A stretch of 64,000 nucleotides of DNA, from positions 36,152,437 through 36,216,436 of the forward strand of contig NC_092672.1 of NCBI RefSeq assembly GCF_964355755.1, in the 5' to 3' direction. Below are positions 55,601 through 64,000 of this stretch, in pieces. The notes below the pieces were generated by a model that made no database searches, was not told the origin of the DNA, and saw only the letters and a list, made by a program, of their open reading frames with translations. Source of the DNA: Antedon mediterranea. Lineage: Eukaryota > Animalia > Echinodermata. Positions within the stretch are counted from its first letter, which is position 1; the number at the start of each line of letters is the position of its first letter. The position numbers were made by a program, and so were the translations under genes.

Positions 55601-58600
55601 CAGTCTCTGTCTCTCTGAAAGTCTATATAACTTTCAAACATGTTACATTTTGTCTTGATCAACCTCTTTTTATTTATGTCATCATTCATCCCTATTAATT
55701 CTGTCCCATTGATGTTATCCATGGGTCCATGCATGATGTAGCAATTTCATTATTGTATCTAGCATCAAGTCCAAAACATTCAAACTCTAAAGCCTTGTCT
55801 ACACTATCAAACTTTATGACAACAAAATGTGATGTGCCCATATATTTTATTTATTTTTTATTTGTCTTTAGGCAATGTGGCCAAGGATTACCAATATTTA
55901 TTTAATCTCTGTCCTATCAGATAGGTGGTAATCCCCCTGATACAGGGGCTATTTTGTGAACCAGCTCACCAGGGTTACCACCTACATGGACATGATAATG
56001 TAATATCACTACCATATTTGAGCACATCACACTTTTTTTTTGTCAAACTAGTTTTTTTAGTGTAGGCAGACATAGACATTAAATTATGAGTATGCATTTA
56101 AAGCCTCATTGTGATGTTTAGTGGGCATTATGAGCCTTTACATGAGTATCTCTATTAGTAGTAATGCCAGACACATTGGTTCTATAAAGAGGACGAGCTA
56201 TGCATGAATGTAAATAATTCCACCCTTTACATAAATATGTCATTGTATAATATAGCTATTCATTCATAGTGAATGGTATTGGATATTTAGCTAAGACTGC
56301 ATGCACTTTATTAACATATTAATAGTGGTTCACACTTAGAGAAGTATTTCCCTTTTATTTTATACTGCATTAAAGGGTATATGATTCACTCACTAAAGGT
56401 CTGTCTACACTATCAAACTTTATGTGACAGAAACTGTGATGTGCCCATATATGGACATAACATATTTTTGGGCATTTCACTACCATATTTGGGTACATCA
56501 CACTTTTTTTGATAGTGTAGACAGAGCTTCACTGTTCTTTTTATTAAGTAAATGAAACAAACAAACAAACAAAATTGAATGGTATTATACTTTATAAGTT
56601 ATAGTCCATTTTCTGATTATTACCAAGTGAATTTTGAAATATTGATTTATTAATTTAATATTTGTTTCTATTCACAGCATGTTAGTGGACAACCAAGTCC
56701 CTATAGCGGGGTACCTTCACCAGCTTCAGCGTAAGATTGCTAAATATTTTTTTCATCACATACATACATATGAGATCCTCCTCTTCTACGTTGTAGAGCT
56801 GGAGTCGAACATCTATTCAGCAATAGCCTACTAAGGTGTTAGATGTATTGTCCCTTTAAACACAAAAAAATGAAGGTCAAAATATTCTAAATTTAAAGTG
56901 GCCATATCAAAGTAATATTAAAGTTATTCACTTTTACTCGAAAATTTGAGCCAAAAACAACAAGTTTACGTAATTAACAGGTAAATTAGTTTGAATACAT
57001 TTCATCTGGAAAATCGTCACGAGCGAAAGTAAACAAAGATTTCAAACCATGAGTACGCATTATGCATATGCTAAATTAGGATTGTTTATAACTCGTCACG
57101 GTTAAGAAGGTATTTTCACACAGATCATGAGGAAGTTTTATGATTATGCATACAGAGTAGCCAAACAAGTGCGTTTCATTGTGGGATATGTTTTGATTGA
57201 AAACTTTGACTGGAAGTCAAGTTATTTTTTTAACAAAAAAACGTCTGTATTTCAGTTAAATTTTTTTTTTTTTTCGAAAAATTTTTGGTGATAGTTAATA
57301 ACTGTTATGATACTTCAAAATGACCCACCTTTTTTCGAAATCTTTTATTTTTTATTTTTTTTGGAATTAGTCAAAGGGACAATACATCTTTAAGATTTGT
57401 TTTCGATTACACTTTTAGATAAAAGCTGAGTTATCTAGTTAATTCTATCTAGTTAATCTTGCTTAATCTGTCTATAATTCCCAGTTTACAGCCAGTACTA
57501 TCCCCTGCCAGTAGTAACTATATGCAGCCATCACCATCACCGCAACAACCTATTCCGTCACCACTCAGTGCTTCTATGGGTCCTCCCATTACGCCCTCGT
57601 CTGGATCAATTGGTAACCCAAGCCCAAGAAGTAATCAAATGAGCGAACAAGACCGTCAACTCTACGAAGCCAAACGTAAAGAATTAGCGATTTATATCGA
57701 GCCGCTTCGCAAGATGTTGAAGAAGATGAATACAGAAGGTAGAGTAAAGCCTATGTGACAAAAAAATGTGATGTGCCCATAATGGACATGGTGATGTCTT
57801 ATCACTACCATATTTGGGCATATTACACTTGTTTTGTCTAACTAGTTTGATAGTGTAGACAGAGTTTAATACCCTTTTCACGTCTGCATAAATTGTTACA
57901 AGTTGTAACCAGATTTGATCGTTTTCACACACATATGCGAAATCTTGGAAGGATGCTATTTGATTGATATTTGACATCTCGGAACAAAAACAGGCCTTTT
58001 ATCAGTGTGTTTTTCCTTCAAAATTTCACAGAGGTCCCCTGTATTCAAACTACTGTATGCAAACCTGGTTACAAGTATAAGACTTTCATTTATTTACAAA
58101 ATTATCTAAAAAGATTTTTAAATAACAAATAATTACTGACGTATGGTGTGCAAACTGTCAAAATTATGAAATTTTGATTTTTTGTTTTGTTTACAGAGAG
58201 GAAGAAAGAACAGGAGTTACAGTTAAACAATCTTCTAAACATACTCATTAACCCAAATGCTTCTTTTCCATTATCTACCATTATTAAATGCGATCAAGTT
58301 TTGCAAAAGCTTAATTTTGTAAGTATTGTCTTAAGCTCTGCCTACATTATCAAACTAGTTTGACAAAAAAGGCGTGATGTGCCCAAATATGGTAGAGATA
58401 TGACATATCACATATTTGATAGTGTAGACAGAGCTTTAATTTGTGCATTTATAAGAGTTTATTACTGTATTGAATGTTGCTGTTATTTTGTATTGATACA
58501 AATATTTCTTCATTCTTAAACACTGTACTTAAATTGTGTTCATCTTATCAGTATTAAGGGCCTGTTCACACATACAGTAGTTATGGTTTTGTAAGTGGCA

Positions 58601-61413
58601 TACAACTCCACAGCTCTCTAGTCATCTACACTTTTTGTATCAAAAGTGTTTGTTTTTTGATTGATTGATTTCTTTATTAACTGAGTCAACACAGATACAT
58701 ACAATCAAAACATGTAAACAATTAAAAATCAGTACAACAGCGTCGAGTTAAAAGGATATACCAAAAAGTAAAAAACTTATTTCCATTGGGGTCCAGAAAC
58801 ACAGAGAAACAAATTGCATAGATTACTTATAGGCCTACTAAAAAGAGAATAGATTAAAATTTTAAAATCCAATTGTAAAATACGAATATTTAAAAGATTT
58901 AAAATTTGTATAAAATGCTTTTTAAAAAAATGTAAAAATACAATGATTTTAGAGTCTGTTTAAAGGAGGTTATGTTTGACGATTTCTTGATATAAAGAGA
59001 AAGATTGTTCAATGCTTTAATAGCATTCAAATAAAAACGTGTTAAGTATGAACAGGGAGCTAATTGTAATGTGATCTTGCTTTACAAAAACATAACTCCC
59101 TAAATGTGAACATGCCTCAAGTTCTGCATTTCTTCTTTAGGGAACAAGTCGTTCAGCCTCTTCAGGTCAATCAGGTTCCGGGTCAACAACTGTACCAACG
59201 TTGTCAAGTACTAGGCAACAGTCTGTATGCCAACCTCTACTAGATGCTATTAATCAGTACGTCAACTCACCAATGTTGAACCACACCTTACAAAGAACAT
59301 TTGGGTCAGCTATGACCGCTATTCATGGCCATCCAATTAGGTAAGTAGGTGAGTGTGGCAGTGGGTGTCGGCCAATTTCCTTATTTGGTACAACCTAGGA
59401 ACTACATTATTTACTTTATGTTAATTCACTTGGTTCATCGGGACAGCTTTGGCAGATTTCAAGTCAATACAACGAAACATGATGTTTAGGTCATCAAAAA
59501 TCCAAAGCTCCCTATTACCAGATGTGCCCAAATATGGTAGTGATATACCCAAACATGGTAGTGATATACCCAAATGTGGTACTGATATACCCAAATATGG
59601 TAGTGATATACACAAATATGGTAGTGATATACACAAATATGGTAGTGATATACACAAATATGGTAGTGATATACCCAAATATGGTAGTGATATACACAAA
59701 TATGGTAATGATATGACATCATCATGTCCATATATGGAAACATCACATTTTTTGTCAAACTAGTTTGATAGTGTATACAAGGCTTAATACTGTTTTATCC
59801 ACTTTTTTTGTCAGTGCTCCTTGTTCATCAAAAAAGCGCAAATACTCAGACATGAACCAAGAATTCCAGATACCAGACATTATTCAAGGTGAAGTTGCCA
59901 GAATGCCATCAAAATTCAGGATTGTCCTTGACAGTACGCACCACCCTCGTGGTAATGATGTCCATGTGGTATGCAAAATAGGTTAGTACACTGCCAGCCA
60001 CTAACATTAATGTTAAAACATTATTACTTTCTGTGTTTGTTAGCACAATAATGCCTACACTTTTCAAGTTATCATTCTAAATATTTCGGTGTAAATAGGT
60101 ATATACTTACAATTGAAATTCAAGAAAATGGGTTCTTATTCACAAATAAAAAAAAAGGAAAATTTGTATTGTGTATTGTATTTGTATTTAATGGCCGAAA
60201 TATCAACATGCACTCTCTGTGGCATCGTTTTATTTCACTCAGTTTCCGAGTGCTTTCATTTTCTGTGACTATTTTTTCTTTAATTCTCAATTTGCCTTTC
60301 TTTCTTGTGATTTTCTTTCATTTCCATGTACACATTTTTTTAAACATTAATTTGAGCACTTACTATTTTAAGCCCCACCCCCTCACCATCATTTTGAGGA
60401 TTTTCTTTCATTTCCTTGTACACAATAATAACTCCATTTTATTAAACATGTAATTAATTGTTTGAATTACAGATGATAAAAGGCTGCCTACTGTTCCACC
60501 AATATTTATTACAATTCCTGAGAATTACCCAGCTTGTAGTCCAATCTTCGATCAGCGGCTAGAATATAGTAAGTTTGATATCATTAATTCTTCATTTAAT
60601 TTTTACATTGCAACCGAGTAGACCGAGTATAATCCCAGAAAGTCTTATATTAGATAAAAATTTGGGGTTGGATATTATACACAGAGTACATTAGCATTAG
60701 AATAGACCAAAGTATCCTCTAATTTTCCTAAATTAGAGGGTAGGGATTATATACAGTATTTGTTTTAAGCTCTGTCTACACTATAAAACTTTATGTGACA
60801 AAAAAATGTGATGTGCCCATATATGGACATGATGATGTCATATCACTACCATATTTGGGCATATCACTACCATATTTGGGCATATCACTACCATATTTGG
60901 GCATATCACTACCATATTTGGGCATATCACTACCATATTTGGGCATATCACTACCATATTTGGGCATATCACTACCATATTTGGGCATATCACTACCATA
61001 TTAGGGCATATCACTACCATATTTGGGTATATCACTACCGTATTTGGGTACAACACAATGTTTTTCTCAAACTAGTGTAATAAGAGCTTTATAGTCTATT
61101 TACCCCGGTCGGTAATAACACAAACTAAAAATATGTACTGAATAACATTAATTTGAGCACTTACTATTTTAAGCCCCTACCCCTAGCCTCATTTTAAAAT
61201 CCTGATTCCGACTGCATATCCATTTTCTCCTTGACTTTGTTCTTGATTATTCATTTAATGTTTTTAGGTAACACAGACTTCTTAAAGGCAGTACAGAGAA
61301 ATTTAGTTACACAGCTAAAGCACTTACCAGACAAGTATTCTTTATCACAAGTTATGGACGTATGGGAAATGAGCGTAAGAAAAGCCTGTATTAACTTTTA
61401 TCCTGTAGGCTGA
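49671..61413 (+). CDS. MED15: Mediator subunit 15; exons 49671-49732, 50572-50659, 52337-52388, 53041-53192, 54008-54229, 55126-55173, 56678-56730, 57485-57738, 58197-58318, 59141-59340, 59815-59981, 60473-60568, 61268-61413
   Basis: KIX-like start DWKSSAFRQK..EMEQHVF.KA..EEYL, polyQ tracts, YIEPLRKM, QPLLDA..LNHTLQRTF, IQGEVAR, DDKRLPTVPP, WEMSVRKAC. All junctions checked are GT-AG and phase-compatible. Confidence 0.92.
51061..51595. mobile_element. Non-autonomous DNA transposon with TTAA target duplication (Kolobok-like)
   Basis: 15-bp TIR agacaccttccctac / gtagggaaggtgtct, with TTAA on both sides. Confidence 0.8.
52747..52923. repeat. Perfect inverted repeat (88-bp arms, 1-nt centre at 52835); Penelope-like terminal-repeat remnant near (TA)n tracts
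   Basis: 52747-52834 is the reverse complement of 52836-52923. Confidence 0.9.
52843..52885 (+). ncRNA. Minimal type I hammerhead ribozyme (mirror copy on - strand at ~52785-52827)
   Basis: CTGATGA (52850-52856), stem II GGGC-tat-GCCC, GAAA (52869-52872), palindromic ACATGT stem III, GTC cleavage triplet ending at 52878, stem I ttttcac/gttaaaa with one mismatch. Confidence 0.75.
53227..53460 (+). mobile_element. tRNA-derived SINE, possibly Deu/Nin-domain type
   Basis: A box TGGCCGAGCGG, B box GGTTCGAGGC, central taaaccgtaggtcc..gtgcactttaaagaacc; second copy at 2437-2655. Confidence 0.8.
54035..54190 (+). repeat. CAG/CAA polyglutamine tract in MED15 exon 5
   Basis: Mixed CAA/CAG codons with periodic Leu interruptions. 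Confidence 0.9.
54382..54543. mobile_element. MITE family A copy (PIF/Harbinger-like; TIR agctctgtctacactatcaaac)
   Basis: TIR-like ends with TTA flanks and an internal catatcactaccatattt motif. Further copies at ~55790, 56397, 57748, 58334, 59521, 60768, 61476, 62198, 62490 and 63637. Confidence 0.8.
54727..54955. mobile_element. Tc1/mariner/pogo-type MITE
   Basis: TA-cagtcaactct ... agagttgactg-TA. Confidence 0.7.
56841..57389. mobile_element. Non-autonomous DNA transposon (Kolobok-like)
   Basis: 17-bp TIR agatgtattgtcccttt / aaagggacaatacatct; TTAA on the right flank only. Confidence 0.65.
58334..58435. mobile_element. MITE family A, short copy with clear TTA target duplication
   Basis: tta-agctctgcctaca ... 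tgtagacagagct-tta. Confidence 0.8.
59521..59785. mobile_element. MITE family A with ~9 internal 21-bp tandem repeats
   Basis: (cccaaatatggtagtgatata)n followed by a TIR-like end. Confidence 0.8.
60768..61088. mobile_element. MITE family A with ~10 internal 21-bp tandem repeats
   Basis: TIR at 60768, then (catatcactaccatatttggg)n at ~60840-61050. Confidence 0.85.
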
Positions 61414-62659
61414 ATGTCATTATCATTATAGGACAGGGCAAGGACTAGCTATGTACGCCTCAGAAAATATACAAAGGTCTGTCTACACTATCAATCTAGT
61501 ATGACAAAAAAAGGATGATGTGCCCAAATATGGACATGATGATTTCATATCACTACCATATTTGGGCACATCACACTTTTTTTTGTCAATAAGGTTTTAC
61601 TTATTAAGCACAAGATATTCTGGGTATGTTATCTTGAAATTAATTAAAATATATTCAGAATTAAGAATTAAAAGTGTATATAGTAGAACAGATAAATTAA
61701 AATGATACTTTACAGTAAAATAATAGAATAATATATTTATTTGATGTCGCTACACTTGAATACAGTAGACTCCTGACTTGAATACATTTTACGTTTGAGT
61801 CCATAAATAAACAAACACTATACATGCAGAGGTTGAACAGAATTTCGATTTGCGATAACCAACATACATTGTGCGCATGCAGAAATATTGGGATGCGTGT
61901 TCTCGCTTCTCACGTCGACACAGGTTTGATGGTTGCGGTCCAGTGACGACCGACGACACATCAATTGGCTTGACCTAGTTTCGTCACTACAATCTATTTT
62001 GACTGTTTATTTTAACTTGAATAATATTAAATATTAGCGCTCCCTGGATGGAAAACTCCTGAATCAAGCCCTGGTTTTTATCTTCCATTAAATAATACTA
62101 AATAACATTAAATAAGGCACATCAAAACAAGGGACAGATTTAAATTATATTGTATTTGAATACTAGCAGTAAGGCACTTTTAAACACAAAAACATATTGC
62201 TGTCTACGCTATCAAATGTGTAGCTTTTTATGTGACAAACAAATTGGAAGTGCCCATATGGACATGATAACTACTGTATGTGGGCATATCACTACCATAT
62301 TTGGACATATCACACTTTTTGTACTAGTTTGATAGTGTAGACAGAGCTTAATATGATATTAGCAACCAACGTCGATCAACAGATTTCTCTATTACCTTTA
62401 AGCAGGTCAACGAACCTGGAAATATTGATTGTGGTTACTTTCAAGATATTTAAGTAGTAGAACCTATACCTACATACACTTCACTAACAATCTATCTAAA
62501 CTATCAAACTTTATGGGATGTGCCCATATATGGACATGATGATGTCATTATAACTACTATTTTTGGACATATCACTACCATATTTGGGCACATAACACTT
62601 TATTTTGTCAAACTAGTTTGATAGTATAGACAGAGCTTTAGGAAGACTTAAATGTTTAC

Positions 62660-63383
62660 TTAGATTTCATTGAATTCTAACTCAGCAATTTCTTTCATTC
62701 TCTTATGTTTTTTGCGTGCATGTTGACCTTTGACCACTACATCCGGGGCTACTGTTGATGGCTCGAAGTCTGGCAGCATTGCAGGATTCTGACGAGATAA
62801 AGTAAAAGATTGTTTGATATCATAATCTGAGTAATTCAAGTAAACTCAACTGAGTAATTCATAAATATAAACTATTAATAGTTTTGATACAAATATTAGG
62901 GACCTTTCGATTTGCGATGATCGACCTATGAATATTGCCTCTTCGTCGAATCCACCACCAAAAAAGTGTCGAGTAATTGAGTGAGGAAGGATATTCCAAT
63001 GTTTTGTCTGGAGGTGTGCGGTACACTGCGTATAGTTGTGAAAAGTACTACTGAGTTTCTCGACGTTTCGATCAATATACTTTTATCATCTTTGAGGGTG
63101 AGAGAATGTAAACTTTATATCAACATATTCCAATAAATTACCATGACGTAACTAGTTCTTAGGTTAAAATCTAAATCTAGTAACTCACCAGAGGGCAAAG
63201 TTCACTGTCCATACGATCAGAGACAATAAGAGATGGAGTGATGAGTTCTACCGAGAAGTCGCCATTCCTAGGGTAGTCTGCTTCTGGTGCCTGCAGAGCA
63301 TGGTCTTTTACAAAGTTGACGACAGCAGTCTCGTTTACGTACGGTATTTGAAGTTTACATCCATAGGTGACCACGGCAAATGG
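62660..63383 (-). CDS. Last two exons (63383-63189, 62788-62660) of a probable DUF3105 / TP53I13-like gene entering from the right
   Basis: PFAVVTYGCKL..VVNFVKDHALQAPE..G.FSVELI..IVSDRMDSELCP with canonical splice sites, then an in-frame 43-codon terminal exon. The family is assigned from remembered motifs only. Confidence 0.6.
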
Positions 63384-63636
63384 CTGTAAATATAATCCAA
63401 ACATTGATAAGTATGATCATGCAGGAATACATGGCACAGGAACGTAACGCCCTCGTAGTTTTCTGAAAATTCTGTAACTCTGACCAAGTTTTTCGGAAGT
63501 GTGTATTACAAAGCTCTTTGGATTAGTCTAGCTAGGGTCTACGGGTACGATTGTTTGTTTTAAAAACATTTTGACGCGTGCCATGATCTGAAATACCTAT
63601 TCTTGAGCTCTGGTGGTTGGGGCAAATCTACTCTTA

Positions 63637-63948
63637 AGCTCTGTCTACACTATCAAACCTTATATGTGACAAAAACATGTGATGTGCTCATATATGGACA
63701 CGATGATGTCATATCACTACCATATTTGGGTGTATTACTATTGGCGACAAGATTACTAAAAAATTTGTCAAAAGTGATGGTTTAGTGATTGGCAACCAGA
63801 CACAAAAAAAAATGTGATGTGCCCAAATACGGTAGTGATATACCCAAATATGGTAGTGATATACCCACATATGGTAGTGATATGACATCGTCATGTCCAT
63901 ATATGGGCACATGACATTTTTCTGTTTGTTTGATGATGTAGACAGAAC
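63637..63948. mobile_element. MITE family A, composite head-to-head copy
   Basis: TIRs at both ends, with the internal motif in both orientations. Confidence 0.7.
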
Positions 63949-64000
63949 TTGTTCTCACTCTCCGACTCTAAATGAACTTACAAGATCACGTGGAAGCTTG

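Noticed and set aside
59421-61080. Repetitive ORFs such as PKYGSDM, YHYHIW and ISLPYLG repeats
   Set aside because: They are translations of the 21-bp MITE-internal minisatellite, open in several frames.

Overview
AT-rich animal genomic DNA with spliceosomal introns, probably from a marine invertebrate (an echinoderm-like deuterostome is a guess). Positions 1-44.7 kb hold a head-to-tail minus-strand array of 13 full-length ~1.05 kb cassettes (called V1-V13 here) plus two truncated ones. Each cassette encodes signal peptide, LRRNT, about 7 LRRs, LRRCT and a transmembrane helix, like a short Toll-like-receptor ectodomain. Twelve cassettes stop at ...FRWDI(R). The apparent TAA stop is part of a consensus splice donor (AG|GTAAGT, once CG|GTAAGT), always in phase 2, and no cytoplasmic or TIR exon is visible between cassettes. 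The best reading is a variable-exon/constant-exon receptor locus of the clustered-protocadherin/UGT1/sDscam kind, with the shared cytoplasmic exon(s) lying left of the window; this is an inference. Each cassette is followed by tandem copies of its own TM-plus-donor segment (104-114 bp units, up to about 19 copies), and several cassettes are mosaics of one another. A full-length but disabled PIF/Harbinger transposon sits in one copy of a segmental duplication, and its empty site is visible in the other copy. The remaining 19 kb is ordinary: a group III secreted PLA2, CYB5D2/neuferricin (with a GC-AG intron), MED15 (13 exons) and the 3' end of a probable TP53I13/DUF3105-like gene. Introns there contain MITEs, a tRNA-derived SINE and a perfect 88-bp-arm palindrome carrying Penelope-type hammerhead ribozymes.
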